From: Calditrichia bacterium
Lineage (GTDB): Bacteria > Calditrichota > Calditrichia > JAJRVZ01
Assembly (NCBI GenBank): GCA_963796965.1
Contig: CAWCNS010000002.1
Location: 1-64,000 of the forward strand
DNA length: 64,000 nt
Direction: 5' to 3'
The notes below the pieces were generated by a model that worked only from the letters and a program-made list of their open reading frames with translations, had not been told where the DNA came from and searched no databases. Made by a program: the position numbers and the translations under genes. This document shows, piece by piece, positions 1-10,082 of this stretch; positions within the stretch are counted from its first letter, which is position 1; each line of letters begins with the position of its first letter.

Positions 1-101
1 TTGGAATATAAAGATTCAGTGAGTCTGAATCAAAAATGATGATTCGTGCCCTGTTGAAATCTAGGTATGCTGGACTTTTCGATTTAAAGATATATTTAAT
101 T

Positions 102-1196
102 TTAAAGGATGCCTGAAAGTTTTCTAAGATTCTTTTTTGATTCCAGTATGAGCACGCTTGTGTTTGTAGAATTATCAGCGAGGATCACCAGGTATTCTTT
201 GCGGTTTGCAATCTTATCTATTTTTAAAAAAGCTTTATCAAAAGCGATGGTTATATTTTTGGGATTATCCACTTTAAGATCTTCACCAATAGAATCAACC
301 TGCTTAATTAATGAAGAGATCACCGGTGTTATCTCCTGTATGCCGTATTTATCCATACTAGACTTATTTATTTTTGATGCAACGGGAAAACCTTCAGGGT
401 CAAAGACTGTTGCAAGAATTACACCTTTTAATAAAACGAGTTTTTCCAGAATAGTTGTTGTATTTTGCTGAGCCTTGGCAATTTCTTTATTCATATCAGC
501 GCGGCCCGGCTTTGCTTCATCTACCCTGCGCATACCTTCGAGTAAAAGGCTCTGCCAGCCTTTAATAATAGTCTCTTTGGGAGATCTTTTTCCCCTCTCA
601 GTTGAGAAGTTTCCGCCCTCCCAGGCGAGCATTTCGAACATGGCTTCTTGTCCCTCTTTATCACCACATAACGCATGGACAATATTTCCCTCTTCTATAT
701 ATATACTACCCTCATAATCATCACCGGTGATATGAAGAGCAGTTGTCATTCTTCCCAGGCAGTTCATTTGGATTAAATCACTCAACTGGAAATCAGAAAT
801 TGTCCCCATAAAACCTCGTTTTTCTTCAATTGCTTCGAGGATAAGTTGTCGAAGATCTGAGATCTCGAATGGCTTTTCAATATACTTGAAACACCCGAGC
901 GCATTTGCTTCATCGTGTACTTCAGAAGAGCCATAAGCGGTCATAATGATAACTTTAGTATTGGGATAGGACTCTTTAACTTTTGACAATAATTCCAGTC
1001 CCGAGATTTCCGGCATTCTAATATCACTGATGACTAATTTAACTGGTAATTGTGAGAGAACCTCTAATGCCTTTTTACCGCTATTCACACATATTAAGTC
1101 ATATTTATCCTGATCTTTCGCAAGATGCTTGGAAATAGACCAGGTGAGGTCATCCTCATCATCAACAACAAGTACACGCTTAATTTCATCCGTCAT
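102..1196 (-). CDS. Response regulator: REC + DUF4388 (PATAN-like) + C-terminal Roadblock/LC7-like domain
   Basis: REC motifs VLVVDDE, ISDIRMP, MTAYG, KPF. DUF4388-like 'GTISDFQLSDLIQM...GSIYIEEGNIVHA...WEGGNF...WQSLLLEGMRRVDE'. Roadblock-like 'LKGVILATVFDPEGFPVAS'. ATG at 1196 follows AAGGAG. Confidence 0.8.
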   Translation of the reverse strand: MTDEIKRVLVVDDEDDLTWSISKHLAKDQDKYDLICVNSGKKALEVLSQLPVKLVISDIRMPEISGLELLSKVKESYPNTKVIIMTAYGSSEVHDEANALGCFKYIEKPFEISDLRQLILEAIEEKRGFMGTISDFQLSDLIQMNCLGRMTTALHITGDDYEGSIYIEEGNIVHALCGDKEGQEAMFEMLAWEGGNFSTERGKRSPKETIIKGWQSLLLEGMRRVDEAKPGRADMNKEIAKAQQNTTTILEKLVLLKGVILATVFDPEGFPVASKINKSSMDKYGIQEITPVISSLIKQVDSIGEDLKVDNPKNITIAFDKAFLKIDKIANRKEYLVILADNSTNTSVLILESKKNLRKLSGIL

Positions 1197-1290
1197 CCGG
1201 AACTCTCCTTCATAGAAATCTAAAATCATAGATGGGATCGGAACCACTATCAGAATTGCAACAAATATTGCAGCAAAACCCTACTTTTTA

Positions 1291-1320
1291 TTATCGATAG
1301 TTTTCCCCGCTTTCTTTAGG
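1291..1320 (-). promoter_or_regulatory. Putative sigma-28 (FliA/SigD)-type promoter
   Basis: Minus strand CCTAAA-N16-ATCGATAA, close to the TAAA-N15/16-GCCGATAA consensus, upstream of the REC-DUF4388 gene. Confidence 0.45.
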
Positions 1321-1356
1321 GTGGAAACTATGGAAAACCCATATTGCGTAATATTT

Positions 1357-2178
1357 TTAAAAAAATATATAGGTGAGGATAAATATTGCCGGAGATAAGA
1401 AAATGAGACTATCAAATCTGTCCAACATTCCCCCGTGGCCCGGCAAAATGGTAGAAGAATCCTTTATACCTGCATCACGTTTAAACCAAGATTCAACAAG
1501 ATCACCCGTCTGTCCAAGAAATCCAACTGTAAGTCCCATAAGAATTGCAGCCAGCCAGGTAATCGGTAATATCTGTGCAACTTTTACGATAACAAATACC
1601 AAAACAGCTCCCAAAAGACCAGCAATAGCCCCTTCGATGGTTTTATTGGGTGACACTTTTTCATAAAGCTTATTACGTCCAAGAAGCATCCCAAATGTAT
1701 ATGCAAATGTATCGCAAATCCAAATAGATATTAACAGGATCATAATGAATATAAATCCGGCATAATTTACCTGAGGGAAAGTAACGTCAAAATAATTTTT
1801 AGTATAGATTAACAAGCCCAAAAAGAAGGGTATATACAATACACCCACCAGAGTTGTGCCAATATTCGCACTGACGTTACCGTAATTCCGTAGCATTTCG
1901 TATGCATGTATTATAAGGAGCATCCCTATAAAAATTGAACCAAAGATGAACCATTCCTTCGTTTGGATCCCAAGTAAAACGGTGAGCCCAGTAATCATTC
2001 CACTAAAAACCTGAGGGTTTATATTGTTTTTTTTCTGCATCAGGTAAAATTCTGCTTGTGCGACAAGGCTGATTATAAGAATAAGGAGAAAAAAGTACCA
2101 ATCACCCAGATAGGTTAGTATGGTAACAATAGGTATACCTAAAATTGCAACAGTTATTCGCTTTGACAATTCTTTCAT
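1357..2178 (-). CDS. cdsA: Phosphatidate cytidylyltransferase
   Basis: Hydrophobic protein with SPNKTIEG and GDLVESWFKRDAGIKDSSTILPGHGGMLDRFDS signature. Confidence 0.95.
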   Translation of the reverse strand: MKELSKRITVAILGIPIVTILTYLGDWYFFLLILIISLVAQAEFYLMQKKNNINPQVFSGMITGLTVLLGIQTKEWFIFGSIFIGMLLIIHAYEMLRNYGNVSANIGTTLVGVLYIPFFLGLLIYTKNYFDVTFPQVNYAGFIFIMILLISIWICDTFAYTFGMLLGRNKLYEKVSPNKTIEGAIAGLLGAVLVFVIVKVAQILPITWLAAILMGLTVGFLGQTGDLVESWFKRDAGIKDSSTILPGHGGMLDRFDSLIFLSPAIFILTYIFF

Positions 2179-2214
2179 ATTAGATCTTTCTAATGATCTC
2201 TCTTTTTTTCATAA

Positions 2215-3489
2215 TTATAACATATGGCGGATAGCACGAAATCCAATATCTTTCCGGAAGTGGATGTCCTGAAAGGATACACGCTCAATATTTTTATATA
2301 GACTTTCTTTCAATTCTTTAAAATCCCTACCACATCCGACAATATTCAATACACGTCCACCATTTGTTAGCAATTTTTTATCCTCATACTTTGTACCAGC
2401 ATGAAATACGAGTATATCCTTATCCAATTTATCCAATCCAGAAATTACTTTGCCTTTTTCGTATTTATCCGGATAGCCTCCTGATGCAAGAACAACATCC
2501 AGAGCATATCCATCAAAAAAGTCTACATCATAATTTTCAATACCCCCCTCTATACTGGCTTTCAGTAAGGGCACCAGATCTGATTTTAATAAAGGTAAAA
2601 CAATCTCAGTCTCCGGGTCTCCAAATCGGCAATTGTATTCCAGCACTTTCGGGCCATCTGATGTAATGATGACGCCAAAATAGAGGAGCCCCTTATAGGG
2701 TGAACCCTCTGATTTCATTGCCTCCAGTGTTGGATCAATTATTAAAGATTTTATCTCATCCAGCACGTCAGGTGTAGTGATGGGAGTTGGTGCATATGCT
2801 CCCATGCCTCCGGTATTTTTACCAAGATCACCGTCTAACGCTTTCTTATGGTCCTGAGATGGCGAAAGCAATTTATAATTTTCACCATCACAGATGGCGA
2901 AAATAGAAACCTCATCCCCTTCAAGAAATTCTTCAATCACCATCTGATCGCCAGCTTGTCCAAAGGCTTTATCATCCATGATCAGAGAAGCGCCATCTAG
3001 GGCCTCTTTTTTACTCTCACATATCAAAACCCCTTTACCAGCTGCCAATCCACTCGCTTTTAACACGATAGGATAGGTATCGATATTAGAAATATGATCT
3101 TGAGCCAATTTCACCGATTCAAAGGTTTGGTATCCGGCTGTGGGAATATTATACTTACGCATTAGATCTTTGGAAAAAGATTTACTGCCCTCCAGTTGAG
3201 CTGCTTTACGATCAGGGCCAAAAACAGGTAAATTATAGGTCTTAAATTCATCGACAATACCACCTACCAATGGATCCTCTGGACCTACGACAGTTAAATC
3301 AATATTTTTACCAATGGCAAAACCAATTAGTTTTTCGAATTCCATAGGTCCTATTGAGATATTTTCAGCAAGATCTTCCATTCCAGGATTCCCCGGGGCA
3401 CAATATATCTGATCCACAAGTGGGCTCTGGGCAATTTTCCAAACAAGTGCATGCTCCCTCCCCCCACTTCCAATAACCAATACATTCAT
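2215..3489 (-). CDS. purD: Phosphoribosylamine--glycine ligase
   Basis: VLVIGSGGREHAL, APGNPG, GLAAGKGV, NTGGMGAY, EYNCRFGDPE, FHAGT motifs. Confidence 0.97.
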   Translation of the reverse strand: MNVLVIGSGGREHALVWKIAQSPLVDQIYCAPGNPGMEDLAENISIGPMEFEKLIGFAIGKNIDLTVVGPEDPLVGGIVDEFKTYNLPVFGPDRKAAQLEGSKSFSKDLMRKYNIPTAGYQTFESVKLAQDHISNIDTYPIVLKASGLAAGKGVLICESKKEALDGASLIMDDKAFGQAGDQMVIEEFLEGDEVSIFAICDGENYKLLSPSQDHKKALDGDLGKNTGGMGAYAPTPITTPDVLDEIKSLIIDPTLEAMKSEGSPYKGLLYFGVIITSDGPKVLEYNCRFGDPETEIVLPLLKSDLVPLLKASIEGGIENYDVDFFDGYALDVVLASGGYPDKYEKGKVISGLDKLDKDILVFHAGTKYEDKKLLTNGGRVLNIVGCGRDFKELKESLYKNIERVSFQDIHFRKDIGFRAIRHML

Positions 3490-3671
3490 TAACTAGGTCT
3501 CCAGATTTTTCACTCTTTTATTGACGAGGCCAGGATTATGGGCAAAAATGAACCCCATTAATAGCCCTGGTTTAACTTTTGAAGTTAGTTATTTTAAATT
3601 TAATTTACAATTCGGATCTACACTATATATTTCCTATTATTGTTATAATCTTCTATCTTTTTGGGATTTAG

Positions 3672-3768
3672 TTAAACACAAAGTCCACGAAAAATGCTCT
3701 AAGTTCACAAAGATTAGATTAATTTTACTTTGTGACCTTTGTGGTTTCTTTGAGAACTTTGTGTTTAA
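3672..3768. repeat. Imperfect inverted-repeat intergenic element (CACAAAG / CTTTGTG family)
   Basis: aaacacaaagtccacgaa...ttcacaaag pairs with ctttgtgacctttgtgg...ctttgtgttt. Confidence 0.55.
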
Positions 3769-3883
3769 TTATCTTTGATTTGATACAATATCAAATTATT
3801 GCGTATTTTAGCGGCAAATATATCATTAAATGTTTAAATAAAATAGCCGAGGATAATGGAAATCGTTAACAGGACTGCGTTTT

Positions 3884-4597
3884 ATGAATAAAGAGTTAGA
3901 AACAATATATATTAATTATCATTTTCTATTTAAGGATGGATCGGAAGAATACTTTCCAATAAACCTACGTCTAAAAGATTTAACCTTTATATCTGAAGAT
4001 GAAGTCAATCGACCACCCTGGGCCAGACTTGATTTCAATAAATGCGAAAATTGCCCACTAAAAGCGCAAGATCATCCCTATTGCCCTGTTGCTGTCAGCA
4101 TTGCAGATATTATTCCCAAGTTTAAGGATCGCAAATCGTTTGAGACTGTTTTGTTGCGTGTTACAACGCCAGAGAGAATTTTTGAAAAAGTTACCCCCCT
4201 TCAACAAGGGTTAGGGTCACTTTTGGGTATTTTTATGGTCACAACCGGATGCCCGCATATGCGGATGCTCAGACCGATGGTTCGTTTTCATCTCCCATTT
4301 GCCACAGTTGAAGAAACCATTTACCGGGCTGCTTCAGCTTATCTGCTTGGTCAGTTTTTTCGCATGAAAAAAAATATGCAACCGGATTGGGATCTTCAGG
4401 ATTTGGCTAAAGAATATGAAGAAATCCAGTCTGTAAATATGGGTATTACAGATCGTTTGCGAAGTATTTCAGAGGAAGACGCCAACGCTAATGCCATTGT
4501 CGTTCTTGATGTTTTTGCCAAAGCCCTGCCATCTTCAATATTTGTAGACCTGCGGGAACTGGAATATCTTTTTGCTGACAGATTCGACAACGTATGA
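3884..4597 (+). CDS. Conserved Cys-containing hypothetical protein (DUF6901-like)
   Basis: 237-aa ORF with WARLDFNKCENCPL...CPVA, GCP and PMVRFHLPFAT. Family recalled from motifs only. Confidence 0.65.
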   Translation: MNKELETIYINYHFLFKDGSEEYFPINLRLKDLTFISEDEVNRPPWARLDFNKCENCPLKAQDHPYCPVAVSIADIIPKFKDRKSFETVLLRVTTPERIFEKVTPLQQGLGSLLGIFMVTTGCPHMRMLRPMVRFHLPFATVEETIYRAASAYLLGQFFRMKKNMQPDWDLQDLAKEYEEIQSVNMGITDRLRSISEEDANANAIVVLDVFAKALPSSIFVDLRELEYLFADRFDNV

Positions 4598-4620
4598 TTA
4601 TTAGTCTTCAATAAACTATT

Positions 4621-4758
4621 TCTCGCAAAGTCGCAACGTTTTAAAGAAATAAGACAAAAGAAAAAAGACAAAAACTGTTTACCACTTTTATATTTCTTTT
4701 TTCTTAAATCTTTTGTCATTTTTCTTCTTGTTCTCGGCGTCTTAGCGCCTTTGCGAGA
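4621..4758. repeat. MITE/REP-like element with 10-bp terminal inverted repeats TCTCGCAAAG/CTTTGCGAGA
   Basis: TIRs at 4621-4630 and 4749-4758. The left ~65 bp recur with high identity at 19411-19476. Confidence 0.6.
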
Positions 4759-4806
4759 GAGATATAATGAATATACGCCTAAGCAAAGATTATAGTTTGA
4801 TCCCTA

Positions 4807-5625
4807 TCACTCCCCAGTTCCTACCTCCATTGTCTGGTAATCCAATTCAGACCCCATCACACTGTGCGGTATAGAATAAACCAACAGCAAAATCACAGAT
4901 GCTATAATTATCCAAAGTCGTGCTGATTTCTTTTTATAACCTGCCCAGGCAGCCCAGGCCCAGGCGATCATAGCAACAAGCGTTTTGTTATCCGTTAGAT
5001 CATATCCAAAGGGGACTCCGGTCCAAAACTCTCCAAAAGCAAATTTTTGGACAATCGGTCCAAGAATCATACCACCTAAGAATAAAAACAGAGTTGTCCA
5101 ATAGGTAAGCCTGAGCATCTTGTCATCATTGAAACCAGCTTCCAACCCGGCCCATGTACTAAGCAACATGGCAATAAACATGAGAATGATGTGTGGGAGA
5201 AGGACATATCCCGGGACATATCCTGTAAATCGCGTTATCACCATGCGATCTTGAGGCACATTAAAAGATTCTTCCTCCTGGTTTAACTGGATAAAATACT
5301 CCAGCTTACCTGCCGGAGGCTGATGAGGCAGACTTGCTACTAAATTTTCACCTTGCCTTTTCATCTTCATTCCAATCCATTCATCCACAGTATTGAAGCG
5401 GCGATGGATTAAAACTGCTTTGATCGTCGTATCAGAAACTGTTATCTCAACCGGTTGATCGCCATCTTCGTCATAACTGCGAGATAACTGCCCCGATATC
5501 TCTGCGTCTCGCCAGCTATAATCAATATTTATGGGATGAGTGGGACCTGTTTTGCGTTGATAAATAGCTGCGGTTATCATGATAATAAAAGCAATGGTAA
5601 GACGTATATAATTTGCTGAACTCAT
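4807..5625 (-). CDS. Hypothetical membrane protein (N-terminal TM, soluble domain, about 4 C-terminal TMs)
   Basis: 272-aa ORF with RBS AAGGAG and clear hydrophobic segments. Confidence 0.75.
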   Translation of the reverse strand: MSSANYIRLTIAFIIMITAAIYQRKTGPTHPINIDYSWRDAEISGQLSRSYDEDGDQPVEITVSDTTIKAVLIHRRFNTVDEWIGMKMKRQGENLVASLPHQPPAGKLEYFIQLNQEEESFNVPQDRMVITRFTGYVPGYVLLPHIILMFIAMLLSTWAGLEAGFNDDKMLRLTYWTTLFLFLGGMILGPIVQKFAFGEFWTGVPFGYDLTDNKTLVAMIAWAWAAWAGYKKKSARLWIIIASVILLLVYSIPHSVMGSELDYQTMEVGTGE

Positions 5626-5655
5626 AAATATTTCTCCTTAATCTATTATCTCTTG

Positions 5656-5830
5656 TTCTCGCCAAGACATAGGGACGCAAAGCATATTAAAGTATTGTTA
5701 AATATTTTACTAATTCATTTTAAGTTTATGATTCAAAATTGAAAAAATAAATATAAGAAATTAGTGAAATTCGTCAAAATTTCGGAATTCCTGAATTTTT
5801 CATCTTAGCGACTTGGCGTCTTTGCGTGAG
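5656..5830. repeat. REP-like element (GCCAAGAC..GACGCAAAG / CTTAGCGACTTGGCGTCTTTGCG family)
   Basis: Complementary ends at about 5656-5682 and 5804-5830, related to the 4621-4758 element. Confidence 0.5.
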
Positions 5831-6641
5831 AGGATAATATTGACAATGGATAAAACAATCGACCAAATAATCCTTTTGGAAATTTGTTCATATCTTCAAA
5901 GCCAAGCGAATCGGGTTGCTCTATATCTGAAGGATAATAGGCCGTACCAAACAACCAGTCCCAGGTACTTATTACAATAGCAAAGTTCTGCCCATGCTGA
6001 CCCTGCAAAATTACATCATGGTGCCAAATATGGAATCGCGGAGAGTTTAGGATATAACGGAAAATTCCATAATCCCATTTTAAATTTGCATGATTTAGAT
6101 GACCAATTAAAGTGGCAATAATCGCAATGGTTAATATGATTTGTGGGTTCACACCAAGTACAACAAGAGGGACGTATTTAAAAGTCCGATATATAATAAT
6201 CTCCATCCAATGAAACCTAAAACTCCCAATCCAATCCATTATGGAAATACTATGATGAAGTTTATGAAACTCCCACATCCAGGTGATGCGGTGTAATAAA
6301 TTATGTACAGACCACTCAATAAAATCAGCAAGGATAAAAAACACAATAAATTGGATCCATCCGGGGGCATGAGAGAGTAGATTCAATTGTTCAGGTGCCG
6401 GGAAATCGAATATAGACAGGGATGCATTTATCTGTACCACGACCCAGTATGTAAAATAGGCAATCAGCACGCCAGCATAATGACCATTAAAGATAAGCCA
6501 GAAAAAATCCTGGCCAATTTGTTGACGCACGGCACCCTGATTTTTTCGCCAGGGAAATACCCGTTCCAACAGCCAGCAGAGCAGCGAGACAACCAATAGC
6601 CAAAAAAAATATCCACTTGTATCCCATATAAAATTAAACAT
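5805..6641 (-). CDS. Sterol desaturase / fatty acid hydroxylase family protein
   Basis: His boxes HNLLH, HKLHHS, HLNHAN, HIWHH, plus NFA...WDWLFGT. Confidence 0.9.
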   Translation of the reverse strand: MFNFIWDTSGYFFWLLVVSLLCWLLERVFPWRKNQGAVRQQIGQDFFWLIFNGHYAGVLIAYFTYWVVVQINASLSIFDFPAPEQLNLLSHAPGWIQFIVFFILADFIEWSVHNLLHRITWMWEFHKLHHSISIMDWIGSFRFHWMEIIIYRTFKYVPLVVLGVNPQIILTIAIIATLIGHLNHANLKWDYGIFRYILNSPRFHIWHHDVILQGQHGQNFAIVISTWDWLFGTAYYPSDIEQPDSLGFEDMNKFPKGLFGRLFYPLSILSSHAKTPSR

Positions 6642-6794
6642 GTGCAAAATCCCTTTTTTGATGGTTTAAAAATAGCCTTTTTTGAATAACAATTGATGAT
6701 CTGTAATTGGTAATTTATAATATTTCGAATGTATTGTCTAAGGCCAAATGTAACAACGCGATTTAGAGGCTTTGTAAAAAAGCATTTAAATCTA

Positions 6795-7541
6795 TCATCG
6801 TTTTTTAACCAACTTCTTAACTTCCCCCCATAGCGCCTGATATTGTATCGCAGGGATAGATCTTGGGCTAAAACAACCGATTGGCTCCCGGTAAATGCCC
6901 ATTTTTTCAACAAAGGATGAATAAGGAATCCTGGATTCGAGAAATTGGGGATATTTATTAGAAAGTGTCTCAATTGAATCTTTATGTAAATTCTTTCGCA
7001 TTTCCACCATTGAAAAGAACGGGACAATCTTCTTAATACCCAGTTTCTCACTCTTAAAAAATGTCAATAGTTTTTCAAAAGTCCGGTAGGACAGAGTTGT
7101 CGGAATAACCGGTACCAGAATTAAATCTGAGGCGTAAAAAATATTTTCAGACACCAAGGTAATATTTGGTGGACAATCAAGAAATATATAATCATATTCA
7201 CCCTTGAATAATTTTAAAATATCTTTTAATCTCTGCTTGGAACCCTTTACATTATCCAAAACGATATCCATATTTCGGAGAGAAAAGTCGGCAGGCAGGA
7301 GATCCAGATTCTCATAGTCAGTACCCTTTATACTTTTCTCAATTTTTTTCCCTTTTAAATATGGTTTTACCCCGGATTTAATTTTGGGTTTAACACGAAA
7401 ATAGTATGTTGCGGAACTCTGGGGATCAAGATCACAGAGTAACACCCTCTTTCTGTCCTGCGCCGCTAAATACGATAGGTTAACTGCGGTGGCAGTTTTC
7501 CCAACACCACCTTTTATATTATATATCGAAATCGTGATCAT
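6795..7541 (-). CDS. ParA/Soj/MinD-family ATPase (orphan)
   Basis: Deviant Walker A KGGVGKT, DLDPQ, DCPP. Start overlaps the CHAD gene stop (ATGA). No parB nearby. Confidence 0.9.
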   Translation of the reverse strand: MITISIYNIKGGVGKTATAVNLSYLAAQDRKRVLLCDLDPQSSATYYFRVKPKIKSGVKPYLKGKKIEKSIKGTDYENLDLLPADFSLRNMDIVLDNVKGSKQRLKDILKLFKGEYDYIFLDCPPNITLVSENIFYASDLILVPVIPTTLSYRTFEKLLTFFKSEKLGIKKIVPFFSMVEMRKNLHKDSIETLSNKYPQFLESRIPYSSFVEKMGIYREPIGCFSPRSIPAIQYQALWGEVKKLVKKR

Positions 7542-9092
7542 TGGTCAGCCCGTGCCCTTTCCCCGAATAATTCATGAAATATCTTTTGAATTTTCTGATC
7601 GATATACAGGTTGAACTTTTTTGCAAAAGCCTTTTTTACATCTTTTTCCTTTTCGTGCAATTTGCCAATCAGAATTCCTAATGTTAATATTGTTTCTCTA
7701 CTTATATCCGCTTCAAAGGGCAAAGATTCTGAGAAGTTTTTGAGTGAAATCTGTTGCAGCACCAAATCATTGAACTCACCAAGATTATCCTGTAGTCTGC
7801 TTTAAATTCAAGATCAATTTCTGAATTCGTTGTTGCGGGAATAAAGAATTAAAAAATTCTAATAGGTATCTTAGTTTTTTTGCCTCTATTCTCAATTTAT
7901 GTAATAATTCATCAGAAGAATTTTGCATAATTTCTCTGCCAAATTTTACAATCCGTTGATTTCTTTTCCTAATAACTTTCCGTGCGACCTCAATAATCGG
8001 CTTGTTGCCTGGCCCACCGTCATTTTCATTTGATTCTTCCTCTGTTAGAATTTGTTCCCAGTTATTCAGAGCAAGTACATACTTTTTTGACCGCAGTAAT
8101 CTCACCATTTTACTATGCTCTTTTGCTCTGCTTTGTCTTATGGCCAGGAAAAACGGATCCAGATTTTTCTGCATATGAGGAGGTATCATTTTCCTGTATG
8201 ATGATTCATTCAATAAATAGACATCACTATCACGAAGGTTATTGGTCGCCTGCCCTAAAAATGCAAAATCCTTCTTAACCTTGAGAGTAGTTTTCTGATC
8301 CAAAACATCTTTCAGCTGGCTTAAGCCGGAACGGGTGCGGCGGACGGCAACCCTGAAATCATGCAAAAACTCTGTATCATAATCTTTGATAATTCCATAT
8401 TCGTTGTTTTTTATCATTTGCAGCAGATGGAGATAGATCTTCTTTAAAGCTTTATCTGTCGATAACTGAGGAGTTAAAGCAATTCTAAATTTCGAGGTAT
8501 AAGATCCTGGTACTTTTTTTAATACCTTAAGACCCTGCTCCAGAATATTTTCCTTTGCAGATGCTATGTTTTCATCAGGAAGTTTTTTCAAGATTGCCCT
8601 GATTTCTTTATTATATCCTCTAAGAGGTTGAAATTCGATCCACGGCTGTAGTAGCAAGAAATCCTGCTCTGATTTGATCTTGTTTTGTGTTACACGCATC
8701 CGTCCAATCGTCTTTTCATCTGGATTGAGGATACGAAAAACTTGCTGATTTTTCTGAAAAGTTGCCACGCGCAATAAAGCGCGTACACCAATAATCAGTG
8801 AAATATTTTTTTCTATTTTTCCATCAATCTCTATAATTTCTTTTTTTTCTGATTGAACAATAACCTGTGATATAATAGTTTTATTTTCCAGAAAATTGCA
8901 CAAGATCAATTCCTTCTCCATGACATACAAGAAGAGACCCCGACGGTACAATCTCCAATCAAACGTATCATAATAAGTATACACAGCACTTTGTTTAGAC
9001 AAGTGAACGAGATTTGCTTGCTTTTTAACGAGGGAAATAAATTGATTCTGGAATTGGACACTTGGGTTATTTAGGGACAAGGAATAAAGCAT
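7538..9092 (-). CDS. CYTH-like + CHAD domain protein (one +1 frameshift near 7796, probably sequencing error)
   Basis: YYDTFDWRL (CYTH-like), LHDFRVAVRRTRS and LHKLRIEAKKLRYLLEFF (CHAD). Removing one base restores LKQLQDNLGEFNDLVLQ and joins ORFs 7785-9092 and 7538-7765. Confidence 0.88.
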
Positions 9093-9284
9093 TATTCCGC
9101 AATACCTCCTCTTAGTAGAATTGTATTAATTCCGCCTTACCATAATAGCAACAGAGATCATAGTGCTTCCTTATCAGGTGAGCGTCGACTCCTTGCCATT
9201 CAGATTTTAGAAAAGATAAAGGATTTACCACCGTAGTTGAGTCAGAGATAATTTATCCATACAGTTTATAGAGTATCTTGTTCG

Positions 9285-9695
9285 TTATAAGGAACTGACC
9301 AGCACCTCAAATTTTCTTATAAGCGTTTTTAACTCTCGCTTTGAAACTAAATTTATTGATTTTTTCAACGAGGTCCAACGGCGTTCTCGATCTTCAGATT
9401 CCAACCATTGATCATGTACTTTTTCCACACGAAGTGGAAATACGCGCACATGGCAATTGCCACCCCACTTTTTATAGCTGTATTCACCAATTAATATATC
9501 AAGGACCTCACCTTCTACTCCTGCTTCTTCAAGCGCTTCTTTAGCTGCTGATTCCTGGGCTGTAAGGTCCTCTTCAATGATACCTTTGGGAAAAATCCAC
9601 TTTCCACTATTTATAGAGGTAATTAATAAGACTTGAATTTGGTTATCTTTCCATCGAAACGGAATCACCGCCGACTGGTCATATATAGAGTTCAC
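9285..9695 (-). CDS. NUDIX hydrolase, DIPP/Ddp1-like subfamily
   Basis: Nudix box G..EEDLTAQESAAKEALEEAG preceded by VLLITS...WIFPKG, with ERRW near the C-terminus. Confidence 0.85.
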   Translation of the reverse strand: MNSIYDQSAVIPFRWKDNQIQVLLITSINSGKWIFPKGIIEEDLTAQESAAKEALEEAGVEGEVLDILIGEYSYKKWGGNCHVRVFPLRVEKVHDQWLESEDRERRWTSLKKSINLVSKRELKTLIRKFEVLVSSL

Positions 9696-9712
9696 ACTTT
9701 TCTCAATTCATC

Positions 9713-9736
9713 ATTCGTAATTCGTAATTCGTAATT
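9713..9736 (+). repeat. Short heptamer tandem repeat (ATTCGTA)x3
   Basis: attcgta attcgta attcgta att. Confidence 0.6.
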
Positions 9737-10082
9737 TTAATAATGAATGTAGTATATTTAGAAAAAAGACACAAACATCCAATATATATTATCTGTCCGA
9801 ATTTTTTGATCTTATTAAATAATTTTTTATTATTTTAATCTCTTTCATTAACCACAGACATCTTAAAATTCACCGTTTGGGTGGAGAGGCTTCTCGCCGC
9901 TCTAATTACAATTTATTTAAATAAAAAAATTAACCAAGGATTCATATTTGAGGACAGGGAAAGTAAAAATTAGAAAATTTAATCAAAATTATTAACTTTT
10001 TAATACCAATAGTTCTAATAGAATAATTTCCCTGTCTCTCTGTGGTTTATAATAGCACCAAGACGTTAAGCGACTAAAATAC

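Noticed and set aside
6795..7541. Chromosome or plasmid partition locus
   Set aside because: No parB, parS palindrome, rep gene or origin-linked genes nearby.
9093..9284. c-di-GMP-II riboswitch before the CHAD gene (GGAAGCACTATGA on minus strand)
   Set aside because: The downstream GGGCAC and GUGCAACC elements are missing.
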